A DNA stretch of 64,000 bases from Candidatus Saccharimonadia bacterium (GTDB lineage: Bacteria; Patescibacteriota; Saccharimonadia; UBA4664). Positions 29,250 through 38,324 of this stretch are shown here, piece after piece (the first letter of the stretch is position 1; each line of letters begins with the position of its first letter). The DNA lies in assembly GCA_036488585.1 (NCBI GenBank), contig DASXHH010000009.1, forward strand, positions 366 through 64,365, read 5' to 3'. Both the position numbers and the translations under genes were made by a program. The notes under the pieces were generated by a model. That model worked only from the letters and a program-made list of their open reading frames with translations, ran no database searches and was not told the origin of the DNA.

Positions 29250-30824
29250 ATGCTCAATGCATCGAACGCGGGCACAACGGTTGTCCCCGCACGCAGGCCG
29301 TTTGTAATGGTACTCACGGACCGCCGCCTACTCACAAGGGCTGCCTGGCTCATGGCTATCATGGGTGCGGGCGGCTTTTTGCGATTGTGGGACCTCGGCC
29401 GGATCGGCTTCAACAGCGACGAAGCCGTGTATACAGGCCAGGCCGCAGCACTAGCCGGCAATCCGCATCTACAGCCGCTATTCCCGGTGTTCCGGGCCCA
29501 TCCCCTGCTGTTTCAAGTGTTGCTGTCGCTGGTACTGCGTACCGGCACGAGCGACATCAAAGCGCGGATGGTAGCGGCGGCTTTTGGCATAGCAACCATC
29601 CTGGTGGTGTACCTGTTGGGCAAACTGCTCTATGGGGCGCCCGTGGGTATGGTGAGCGCAGCCATTATGGCTGTCACGCCTTACGGCGTGGTGGTAAGCA
29701 GGCAAGTACTGCTAGACGGACCGATGGCGTTCTTCGCTACCGTTACGCTCTACTGCCTGGCGCGATACTGCTTGGTGCGAGACCCGCGCTGGCTGTACGC
29801 GGCAGGCGCCATGATGGGCCTCACCATCCTAGCCAAAGAGACCGCCGCGCTGCTTCTCGTGGCCATCTTCGAATTCTTCGCTCTAGTTCGCACCCGGCGA
29901 CCCCGGTGGCGGGAATGGAGCGCGGCCCTGCTGATAATGATAGCGGTGGTGGCGGTATACGTGGCCGCCTTGGTGGTGGCACACCGAACGCACACAGGCG
30001 AGCAGTACTTTCTGTGGCAGAGCGCACGCCCGGCCAACCATTCCTACGGCTTCTACATCCGAGTGGTGCCGCCGGCCGTGGGCTGGGGCGTGATAGCCCT
30101 GGCCTTCGGCGGCGCGGCTTGGACTTGGCGGAGCAACGGGTGGCGGGAAGGGCTACTGTTGACATGGGTACTGGTGCCGGCCGCGGTGTTCTCACTGGTA
30201 GTAGCCATAAAAGGCTTCCAATACCTCGAGTTCATCGCTCCGGCCCTGAGCGTGCTGGCAGCCAGGACAGTCGTTTTGGCCCCGGTTCGGCATAAGCCCA
30301 GGCAGGCCCGGTTGGTGCAAATCGGCCGGGCGGCGGTGGGCGCATTGCTGCTCGTGAGCCTGGCGATCACCAGCTGGCAACAGCTCAACCCGGCGCCCAC
30401 CACCAGCTTCCTAGCGGGATCAGGTGGGCTGCCCGGCGGCCGGGAAACCGGCTACTGGGTAGACGGCCACGTGCCACAAGGTGGGCAACTACTGACGATC
30501 GGGCCATCAATGGCTAACGTGATTCAGTTTTATGGTCACCGGCGGACCTTGGCGCTATCAGTGAGCCCGAACCCGCTTGACCGCAACCCGTCCTACGAGC
30601 CAGTGGACAATCCGGACCAGCAACTCAGACAAGGAAACTTTCAGTACCTGGTATGGGACACCTTCAGTGCCCATCGCTCCCCCACTTTCTCATCCAAGCT
30701 ACTCAGTTACGTCAGCAAATACCATGGCGTAGCGGTGTACACACAGCTAATCCCGGTGAGACAGCGGGACGGACACACGTTCAAGACCCCGGTAATCGTG
30801 ATCTACGAGGTGATAAGCACGTGA
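29250..30824 (+). CDS. GT-C fold glycosyltransferase (PMT_2/ArnT/GT39-GT83-like), polytopic membrane
   Basis: FNSDEAVYTGQ (DE motif in the first loop), about 10 or more TMs, and a C-terminal soluble domain. GGAGG lies 5 nt before ATG 29250. Confidence 0.75.
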   Translation: MLNASNAGTTVVPARRPFVMVLTDRRLLTRAAWLMAIMGAGGFLRLWDLGRIGFNSDEAVYTGQAAALAGNPHLQPLFPVFRAHPLLFQVLLSLVLRTGTSDIKARMVAAAFGIATILVVYLLGKLLYGAPVGMVSAAIMAVTPYGVVVSRQVLLDGPMAFFATVTLYCLARYCLVRDPRWLYAAGAMMGLTILAKETAALLLVAIFEFFALVRTRRPRWREWSAALLIMIAVVAVYVAALVVAHRTHTGEQYFLWQSARPANHSYGFYIRVVPPAVGWGVIALAFGGAAWTWRSNGWREGLLLTWVLVPAAVFSLVVAIKGFQYLEFIAPALSVLAARTVVLAPVRHKPRQARLVQIGRAAVGALLLVSLAITSWQQLNPAPTTSFLAGSGGLPGGRETGYWVDGHVPQGGQLLTIGPSMANVIQFYGHRRTLALSVSPNPLDRNPSYEPVDNPDQQLRQGNFQYLVWDTFSAHRSPTFSSKLLSYVSKYHGVAVYTQLIPVRQRDGHTFKTPVIVIYEVIST

Positions 30825-32140
30825 AAGGTTACCGCATAATCGTGGACCTGGCACTAATGGCTGGGCTGGTAATATGGCCCCAAGCGGCTATAGCCAGCCC
30901 AGCTCCAGGGTCAGTCACACCCATCCAGCACCTCGTGGTGCTGATGCAATCCGGCCACTCCTTCGATAATTACTTCGGCACCTACCCAGGCGCCGATGGT
31001 ATCACTCAAGGAGTGTGCCTGCGCCCCGAGCTAAGCAAGACCAGCACTAACGGCTGCGTGCAGCCGTTCCATCTCGGCAATGAACCCGTTCAGGATCTCG
31101 AGCACAGCCTGAGCGTTTGGAGCCGCCAGTACGATAATGGCCTCATGGATGGTACAGTGGCGGCTTACCGGGCGCTGGGCCTGGGCACCAATACTCCCAT
31201 GGGCTATTACGACAGCCATGACCTGCCCTATTACTGGGGGGTGGCCCAGAACTATGTGCTATTCGACCACTTCTTTAGCTCGGCGCCCGTCGGGACCAGA
31301 CTCAACAGATTCTGGTGGGTTGCCGGGCGCTCCACTCCCGGCAACCTTGAGAGCCTCCCTAAAGGGGGCTACGGCAACATTCCAACCATCTTCGATCGGT
31401 TGGAGGCCGCCGGCGTGTCGTGGAAGTTCTACGTTCAGGGTTACCACCCGAATGTGACCTTCCGCTCCAACACCCGAGGCAAGAACTCCGAGCAGACGGC
31501 CTGGGTGCCACTGGTGGACTTTCCGCGGTTTGTAGATCAGCGAGAGCTGAATTCACACATTGTGGATATGAGCCAGTACTACACCGACCTCAACTCCGGC
31601 ACCCTGCCGGCGGTGGCGTTCATGACCTCGGCGCAGTCCAATGAGAGCCCGCCCGGTAACATCCAGGCGGGCCAACAGTTGGTGCGCCAGCTCACCACCA
31701 GCCTAGTCATGAGCCGCTATTGGCGTTCCAGCGCCTTTATGTGGACCTACGACGACTGGGGAGGCTGGTACGACCAAATGAAGCCGCCCCAGGGTTACGG
31801 TTTCCGGGTACCGGCGCTACTCATGAGCCCATACGCTAAAAAGGGCCAGGTTAACCACACAGTGCTTGATTACACGAGCATCCTGCGGTTTACCGAGTAC
31901 AACTGGCGGCTGGCACCACTGGCTAGTCGGGACTACCGGAGCAACAACCTGCTCAGTGCGTTCGACTTTACAGCTGGCCCACGCCCAGCCCAGCTGATCG
32001 GGCAAGCAGCCGTACTACCAGAAGCCAATGTCGCACCGGCTGTGTCAATTCTGTACCTACTCGCGATGGTGGTAGGGATTGCACTGGCACTGTGGGCATG
32101 GCTTACAACCCGATCGCCTGACGAGGTGATAAAAAAATGA
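30821..32140 (+). CDS. phosphoesterase-family protein (phospholipase C / AcpA acid phosphatase family), C-terminal TM anchor
   Basis: HLVVLMQSGHSFDNYFGTYPG matches the conserved ENRSFDHYFG region of PF04185. GTG start overlaps the upstream stop (GTGA). Confidence 0.7.
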   Translation: MKGYRIIVDLALMAGLVIWPQAAIASPAPGSVTPIQHLVVLMQSGHSFDNYFGTYPGADGITQGVCLRPELSKTSTNGCVQPFHLGNEPVQDLEHSLSVWSRQYDNGLMDGTVAAYRALGLGTNTPMGYYDSHDLPYYWGVAQNYVLFDHFFSSAPVGTRLNRFWWVAGRSTPGNLESLPKGGYGNIPTIFDRLEAAGVSWKFYVQGYHPNVTFRSNTRGKNSEQTAWVPLVDFPRFVDQRELNSHIVDMSQYYTDLNSGTLPAVAFMTSAQSNESPPGNIQAGQQLVRQLTTSLVMSRYWRSSAFMWTYDDWGGWYDQMKPPQGYGFRVPALLMSPYAKKGQVNHTVLDYTSILRFTEYNWRLAPLASRDYRSNNLLSAFDFTAGPRPAQLIGQAAVLPEANVAPAVSILYLLAMVVGIALALWAWLTTRSPDEVIKK

Positions 32141-33174
32141 AACTGCTAAGCCGCGGACTCGGCTTGGTGCTAGGACTGGTGCTCACGGGCGGTCTACTAA
32201 TAGTAGCCGCCCCACCAGCATTGGCCCAGCGCATAGTTACCCTCACCATAGTCACCGTACCGCACCTGCCCGCCGCCCGGTTCTCGTTTGACGGCCAGAG
32301 GGTGACCTCCGACAGCAAGGGAGTGGTGCGGCTATACGTACCGGCGAGCCGGAGCCCACATAAACTGCAATTGCTGACGCCTACGATAAGGAGTGGCGGG
32401 ACGCAAGCCCAGTTTGTGCGGTGGTGGGGGCAACCCAACCACGACCAAGATTACAAAACCAACCTTACAGGACTGTCGGTAGACCGTAGCGAACGACTAC
32501 AGGTAGCGTTCAGGGTAAGTTACCTGGTGAAATATCGCATGGTCAATCAAAACCATCAGCCCGTCGATTCCCGCCGCATCGAGCAGGTGGTGATCAAATC
32601 GGATACCGGTGAGCTCATTAATGTCCATGGAGGGCAAGCACGACTGACAGGCTACCGGCCGGCGCTCCAAAGCGGGACGATGGCCGAGAAGCAAGCGGTG
32701 TACTCGCTGTGGACGATCACCATTAACGGCTCGGATGCGATACACGCAGGCCAAATGCGATTCCTGCCCAGTCTGCCGCGCGATCAGAACCTGGAGTTTG
32801 TGATACCGCTCAAGAGTATCCAAATTACTGCCAGTGATCGGCTGCTCGGAAGGAGCGTGGGGAAGGCAGTGGTACTGACATTTCCAGACCACACATCAAC
32901 CACCATCCCGTTTGGCAGGAGCCACACGATAACGATCAATAACCTGGTACGAGGCAACTACCAAGTCCGACTGGTGGGCTCGAGTGGATTCGGTGGCAAC
33001 CGATCGCTCTCCCTGTCACGCAACCAGAATATAGTCCTTCGGGTCTGGAACTTCGAGGACTTCGCGCTGGTACTGCTAGTGCTGATTATTATCGTCACTA
33101 GCAGTCTGGTGGGTGGTCGGCTGGGACGACCCAGGCGCGCCCGACGCAAAAACGCTAAGGAGTCCGTGCCATGA
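32137..33174 (+). CDS. hypothetical secreted protein with C-terminal TM anchor (345 aa)
   Basis: Signal peptide, beta-rich body, and C-terminal LVLLVLIIIVTSSLVGG followed by a basic tail. Its ATG overlaps the upstream stop (ATGA). Confidence 0.6.
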   Translation: MKLLSRGLGLVLGLVLTGGLLIVAAPPALAQRIVTLTIVTVPHLPAARFSFDGQRVTSDSKGVVRLYVPASRSPHKLQLLTPTIRSGGTQAQFVRWWGQPNHDQDYKTNLTGLSVDRSERLQVAFRVSYLVKYRMVNQNHQPVDSRRIEQVVIKSDTGELINVHGGQARLTGYRPALQSGTMAEKQAVYSLWTITINGSDAIHAGQMRFLPSLPRDQNLEFVIPLKSIQITASDRLLGRSVGKAVVLTFPDHTSTTIPFGRSHTITINNLVRGNYQVRLVGSSGFGGNRSLSLSRNQNIVLRVWNFEDFALVLLVLIIIVTSSLVGGRLGRPRRARRKNAKESVP

Positions 33175-35339
33175 TGCGACTAATACGACGGCTGGGTCTG
33201 CTAACGGGCGCCATGATCGTGGCGCTATCTGTGACAGGCCTGGCGCCCGCCAGTGCCAGCTCTGGGCGACCCCCGGTGCTGGCCTACTACTACATCTGGT
33301 ATAACCAGGCGTCCTGGGGACATGGTAAGAGCGACTACCCGGCCCTAGGACGATATAATAGCGGCGACGCGAACATCATGCGCCAGCAGATCGAGCTGGC
33401 GAAGGGTGCGGGCATCGACGGCTTCATCGTGAGCTGGAAGGAGGCGCCCGACCTGGACGCGCGGCTGGCGACACTGGTGCAACTGGCACAGCAGGAGCAC
33501 TTTAAGCTGTCCGTCATCTACGAGGCACTGGATTACAACCGCCAGCCCCTGCCGGCGGCCAAGGTAGGCAGCGATCTGCAGTGGTTCGCAGCCCGCTACA
33601 GCAACAACCCAGTGTTTAACCTGTTCGGAAAGCCGCTGGTGATCTGGTCGGGAACGTGGATGTTCTCGCCCAGCGACATTCAAAAAGAAGTGGCGCCAGT
33701 GAGCAACCAGTTGCAGGTGCTGGCGTCGGAAAAAGACACTTCCGGATATCAACGACTGGCCGCGAGTGTCGCCGGTGACGCATACTACTGGTCGTCTGTG
33801 AACCCCTCCAGTAACCCCGGTTACGGCGTCAAACTGCACGACATGGCAAACATAGTTCACGCCGACCATGGGCTGTGGATTGCACCCTTTGCCCCTGGCT
33901 TCGATGCTCGGGACGTGGGCGGCCATGACGTGGTGTCGCGCAACGATGGCGACACACTAAGGACTGAGTACAGCACGGCGGTCACCTCCAGTCCTGATGC
34001 GCTGGGATTGATTAGCTGGAACGAGTACTCGGAGAATTCGGAGGTCGAACCCAGCCACAATACCGGCACGCTGTACCTGCGGGTACTACGCCAGCTCACT
34101 CACGGGCTCGGACCGAGCGCCGCTGAGCTGGGTATCGACTCCAGCGATTCCTCGGGCTCGGGCGGCGGCGGCCTGGCGCTACCCTTGCTAGGCCTGCTCG
34201 CGATACTGGTGCTCGTGACGATAGTGGGGATTCGCATGCGTGGCGGCCGCAACGACAACGACGAGGACGAGCCGCCTCCCCCACCACCGCGTCGCCGAGT
34301 TAGTTCAGGAAAGTTTCGAGCCGTAATGCGCCGCCGCGGGCTCGGACTCATCGTTGTGATGCTGGTGGCGCTGGTGCCGGCGGGAGCGACGGTGATTCCC
34401 AGCGACAAAGTCACTGAGACACCTCGTACAACGACGGCGGTGCCCGCGTCGGCGGTGGCTCATTACATGGGGCACATGCCGCCGGCCGGCAAAACCACAA
34501 TCACGATAGCCGCGGCCGGCGACATCGCCTGCACCGCGGGCGACCCGGATGCGGCTAACGCCCCGCTCTACAAAAACGATGTCTGCAAACAGCAGACCAC
34601 TGCCAACCTGATAACCAAGGTGATCCATCCGGATGCGGTGCTGCCGCTGGGCGACAACACCTATCCCAGCGGCAGCTTCAAAGGTTTCGAGCAGCTATAC
34701 GACCCGACATGGGGCAAGCTCAAGGCCATTACCTACCCAGTACCAGGTAACCATGAGTACGGCACGCCCGGAGCTAGCGGCTACTTCGCTTACTTCGGAA
34801 AGGCCGCCGGTATGCCAGGTCAGGGCTGGTACAGCTACAACATCGGCGACTGGCACATGGTGGCTCTCAACTCCGAGTGCGAGGATATTGGCGGCTGCGG
34901 CCGCGGGTCGCCCGAGGAGAGCTGGCTGCGGGCTGACCTGGCGGCCCATCCGGCGGCTTGCACGCTGGCCTACTGGCACAAGCCGCGTTGGAGCTCGGGC
35001 ACACACCACAGCAACGCCGCCTACAACGTCTTCTGGCAAGACTTGTACGCGGGCGGCGCTGACCTGGTGCTGGTCGGCCACGACCACGATTACGAGCGGT
35101 TCGCGCCGCTCGATCCCAGCGGAAAGGTGGATAACAACCGGGGAGTCCGGGAGATTGTAGCTGGCACCGGCGGCGACAGTCACTACCTCATACACACCCC
35201 GGTGAACGGTAGCCAGCGCCGCATCCAAGGAATATTTGGAGTGCTGGACCTAACGCTGCAACCACATGGTTACAGCTGGAAGTTTTTGGCGGAGCCAGGG
35301 GCGGGCGTGCTCGATTCTGGCTTGGCGGCCTGCCACTAA
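33171..35339 (+). CDS. fusion protein: N-terminal glycoside-hydrolase-like domain (GH99-like YYYxWY region) - TM - Pro/Arg-rich loop - TM - C-terminal calcineurin-like metallophosphoesterase
   Basis: PPVLAYYYIWYNQASW...GIDGFIVSW in the first domain. Two internal TMs (LALPLLGLLAILVLVTIVGI; LGLIVVMLVALVPAG). Second domain has GDIACT, GDNTY, GNHEYG and GHDHDYER. It is one uninterrupted ORF. Confidence 0.65.
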   Translation: MMRLIRRLGLLTGAMIVALSVTGLAPASASSGRPPVLAYYYIWYNQASWGHGKSDYPALGRYNSGDANIMRQQIELAKGAGIDGFIVSWKEAPDLDARLATLVQLAQQEHFKLSVIYEALDYNRQPLPAAKVGSDLQWFAARYSNNPVFNLFGKPLVIWSGTWMFSPSDIQKEVAPVSNQLQVLASEKDTSGYQRLAASVAGDAYYWSSVNPSSNPGYGVKLHDMANIVHADHGLWIAPFAPGFDARDVGGHDVVSRNDGDTLRTEYSTAVTSSPDALGLISWNEYSENSEVEPSHNTGTLYLRVLRQLTHGLGPSAAELGIDSSDSSGSGGGGLALPLLGLLAILVLVTIVGIRMRGGRNDNDEDEPPPPPPRRRVSSGKFRAVMRRRGLGLIVVMLVALVPAGATVIPSDKVTETPRTTTAVPASAVAHYMGHMPPAGKTTITIAAAGDIACTAGDPDAANAPLYKNDVCKQQTTANLITKVIHPDAVLPLGDNTYPSGSFKGFEQLYDPTWGKLKAITYPVPGNHEYGTPGASGYFAYFGKAAGMPGQGWYSYNIGDWHMVALNSECEDIGGCGRGSPEESWLRADLAAHPAACTLAYWHKPRWSSGTHHSNAAYNVFWQDLYAGGADLVLVGHDHDYERFAPLDPSGKVDNNRGVREIVAGTGGDSHYLIHTPVNGSQRRIQGIFGVLDLTLQPHGYSWKFLAEPGAGVLDSGLAACH

Positions 35340-35620
35340 CATGGCGAAACTGGGCCGGGGTGCAATTTTTGCCCCCGGCTCGGCCCCTCAGTCAATTGCT
35401 TGGGGGTATGAACGATTTTTGCGCAAAGGTGCGCTATTTTTTTAGGACTTATAGAGATGAGTGACAGTCGTGAGTGGTTTAGGTTTTACACAAGCCGTTT
35501 TTTTCAGAAAAAAGGGGCTGGGTTCGGGCACCTTTCGGGTGCAGGGGGATCTTTCACAACCAAGAGCACATGCTGCTCGTATCGAATCGTGCAAGTGAAG
35601 CAACGAGGAAGAGGCAGACC

Positions 35621-37510
35621 ATGTCTAATGCCATGCCACAAACACAGACCGCTACCGACACAGTGCCGGAGCCCCGGCTCTGGATTATGCGCCTCCTTAG
35701 TCACCGGTTTACGCGCGAGGCCATCAGCTGGGCTATCGTCGGACTCACCGGCGTAGCCGTAAACCAGCTCGCGCTCTGGGTGTTCGTGCAAATCGGCCTT
35801 GGACTGTGGCTAGCCAACATCCTGAACACGCCGGTCTCGACCACCTGGAATTTCTGGTGGATCGAGAAGCAGGTATACCACAGTAGCCGTCACCATCGAC
35901 TACGCCGGTTCGCCGGCGTGCTAGCAATCAACACATCGCTACTCCTGGTGCAGGGGCCGATGCTCATCTTTCTCATCGAGGTGCTACATAAGCACTATCT
36001 GACGGCCAACCTGCTCACACTCGCGCCGCTGTGGATCGTGCGCATGCTGTTGAGCCGGACGCTCTGGTTCAACACGTTCACGTCGGCGATGGCCGGCGCC
36101 GGCACCATTACCGACATCCCGGACACCATCGACCCAGACGAGCGCCGCGGTCCGGCGCGCCTAATCGAAGACGATGAAGTGCGGGGGTACCTCTACCGGA
36201 ACCATCTGCGCTGGAAGCCGCGCGGCCACCGGCGTAGGTTCTTCTACGACGTACATGGTTTGGTCCGGATCGTGAGCGATGTGCGCCTGCCAGAGCTGAC
36301 CGTATTCCAGATACAGCTGCACAACAAGAAGCGAATCGAGAGATTCGTGAAGCGCAGTCAGATTAAGATCGCGCGAGGGCGAGTCGGCAACACCACGCCG
36401 CGACGGCGGGTTGAGGCTTACCGAGTGAATGGTAAGCTGTTTAGCTACCTGGAACAATGTGGTAACCTCGGCGCCAACTTCCATGTTTCCCATAAGCACG
36501 GCGGGGAGCGCGTTCAGATTCGGGTGAGCCCACTGCTGGCTGGATCACCGCATGTGCTATACACCAACGTGGTGGAGGCCGTACTGCGCTTTATGTTGGC
36601 GCAGCGCGGGTACATGCTACTGCATTCGGCTACCATGGAGCTCGATGGGCGCGGAGTAATGCTGTCCGCCCGCACGGACACCGGCAAAACCGGCACAGTC
36701 CTGCGGATGCTAGCGGAACACGGGGACCGTATCCGGTTCCTATCCGACGACATGACCATCGTGAATGCCAAGGGTGAAGCCTGGTGTTACCCCAAGCCGC
36801 TAACTATTAGCTCGCACACACTGCGGGCCGTGAACCGCAAGGCGCTGAACCGATGGCAGCGAGTATTCCTGCCTGTCCAGAGCCGGATCCATTCCAAGAG
36901 CGGCCGAGGGTTCGCATTCCTGCTGGCCAAGCTCAACCTGCCGATTATGTCGATCAACTGCCTGACGCAGATGATCATCCCGCCACCCAAGTACTGGGTG
37001 GACGAACTGGTGCCGTGTCGAATCGCCAGACAGACCAAAGTGAAGCACTTGTTTATCATCGAGCGCGGCCACCAGATGAGCGAGCGCCCGATCGGGTGCT
37101 ACGAGGCTGTGGACGTCATGTTGGCTAACACCGAAGACGCCTACGGCTTCCCACCGTTCGCGATACTGGCGCCGGCCCTCACTCTCGGCGAGATCAACAA
37201 CCTAGTGCTGCGGACACGTGAGCGCGAGATCCTTAACGAGTTCCTGCGCTACATTCCTGTCACCAATCTGGTCGACCCCAACTTTGGTTGGGCCGATCGC
37301 ATTCCGGCGGCGCTGGCCAAGGGTGCACTGCCGAGTTTCCTCGTCCAGCACCAGATTGACAGCGAGCAGCTTCTGGCTCGCCAGGCGGTGCAGTCGGCGC
37401 CAGAGCTGCCGGCACTGGACGGGAGCCATGTGCCAGCCAACGGTACGGTCCTCAGGGGCGTGGTCGTGAAGATAATCAATGCCGAAAACGGTAACCAGGC
37501 GGAGGGGTAG
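35621..37510 (+). CDS. GtrA-like membrane domain fused to a large cytoplasmic domain with P-loop-like motif (AxxxxGKT; HprK/kinase-like?)
   Basis: N-terminal 4-TM GtrA-type region (AISWAIVGLTGVAVNQLALWVFV... WNFWW). C-terminal ~480 aa contains LSARTDTGKTGTVL and an RFLSDD segment. Confidence 0.6.
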   Translation: MSNAMPQTQTATDTVPEPRLWIMRLLSHRFTREAISWAIVGLTGVAVNQLALWVFVQIGLGLWLANILNTPVSTTWNFWWIEKQVYHSSRHHRLRRFAGVLAINTSLLLVQGPMLIFLIEVLHKHYLTANLLTLAPLWIVRMLLSRTLWFNTFTSAMAGAGTITDIPDTIDPDERRGPARLIEDDEVRGYLYRNHLRWKPRGHRRRFFYDVHGLVRIVSDVRLPELTVFQIQLHNKKRIERFVKRSQIKIARGRVGNTTPRRRVEAYRVNGKLFSYLEQCGNLGANFHVSHKHGGERVQIRVSPLLAGSPHVLYTNVVEAVLRFMLAQRGYMLLHSATMELDGRGVMLSARTDTGKTGTVLRMLAEHGDRIRFLSDDMTIVNAKGEAWCYPKPLTISSHTLRAVNRKALNRWQRVFLPVQSRIHSKSGRGFAFLLAKLNLPIMSINCLTQMIIPPPKYWVDELVPCRIARQTKVKHLFIIERGHQMSERPIGCYEAVDVMLANTEDAYGFPPFAILAPALTLGEINNLVLRTREREILNEFLRYIPVTNLVDPNFGWADRIPAALAKGALPSFLVQHQIDSEQLLARQAVQSAPELPALDGSHVPANGTVLRGVVVKIINAENGNQAEG

Positions 37511-37640
37511 ATGGCAAGACAAAGAGAAGAGCTCTAACCAACCAAAGCCACCCGGGTGCCTCGAGTGGCACCCATGCAGTTGCAAGAGAGCGGTCACGCT
37601 CTCTTGCAACTGCCAGTCAACTAGAACTTATTCATGAATA

Positions 37641-38309
37641 TTATTCCGTGGGCTCGGAAAGGCCTTGGCTGTGCAGAAACCGTTCGTGAATTTCGAGGGC
37701 CTCGTCGGCAATCTCCTGCGGATCGGAGGCGCCACGGAAGATAAACTTTTCTTCGGCGCCAGCCGATTCAATCTCCACATCGCCGTAATTGAAGATGGTT
37801 CGGGCAATGCCCTTGCGAGTGCCGGTGACGTCCTGAACACGCACGAAGGCTACCTGCGAAATCCGATGGCTAAACAGTCCGTATTGCTCGGCCACTAGCA
37901 GGTGAACGTTAGTAAAGATGAGCACATTGCGCTGATATACGAACAGTCCGATTAGAAAAATAAGGGCCGCCAGCACCAGCAAGATCACCACGAGTGCGAA
38001 AACCATGAGACGCGGGAACGGGATGGTATCCGGGTAGCGTCCCTCGCCAAACGCGAACGCGAGGGCTACCAGTATAAGCAGAACCGATGTGAACAACGTG
38101 GGCAATAGAGTGAGCGGATGACGGTGAATAATTCGGGTGATTTGCTCACCGGGATCTAGATCGAAGCCATAGGGCGTGGGAGTCTCGCCGGGCTCGGGCA
38201 ATTCGCCCGTTTCGGCCGAGTGCCCGACGGTTGGACCCGGCTGCTCGGGGGCCGGTGGCTGGGCTTGAGCCGGCGATTGGTTGGGCGTTGGAATGGGAGT
38301 TTGGTCCAT
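37641..38309 (-). CDS. bacterial PH-domain (bPH_2/YdbT-like) membrane protein
   Basis: Two TMs followed by a PH-like region (VLIFTNVHLLVAEQYGLFSHRISQVAFVRVQDV...IFNYGDVEIES). Confidence 0.6.
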   Translation of the reverse strand: MDQTPIPTPNQSPAQAQPPAPEQPGPTVGHSAETGELPEPGETPTPYGFDLDPGEQITRIIHRHPLTLLPTLFTSVLLILVALAFAFGEGRYPDTIPFPRLMVFALVVILLVLAALIFLIGLFVYQRNVLIFTNVHLLVAEQYGLFSHRISQVAFVRVQDVTGTRKGIARTIFNYGDVEIESAGAEEKFIFRGASDPQEIADEALEIHERFLHSQGLSEPTE

Positions 38310-38324
38310 GGTAAAGCTATTATA

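Noticed and set aside
29198-30295. 365-aa ORF in an alternative + frame overlapping the GT-C glycosyltransferase gene
   Set aside because: It is an Arg/Gly/Pro-rich translation typical of shadow frames in GC-rich DNA, and the overlapping frame has clear GT-C motifs. The same reasoning rejects the many other overlapping ORFs, for example 5594-6076, 9098-9718, 17753-18355, 18943-19965, 20044-20526, 25874-26719, 34633-35228 and 57851-58594.
33171-35339. Possibility that the GH-like and metallophosphoesterase modules are two separate genes
   Set aside because: There is no stop codon in frame between them. An internal ATG exists, but the uninterrupted frame and coherent topology (both domains extracytoplasmic) favour a single polypeptide. 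This is flagged in the findings instead.
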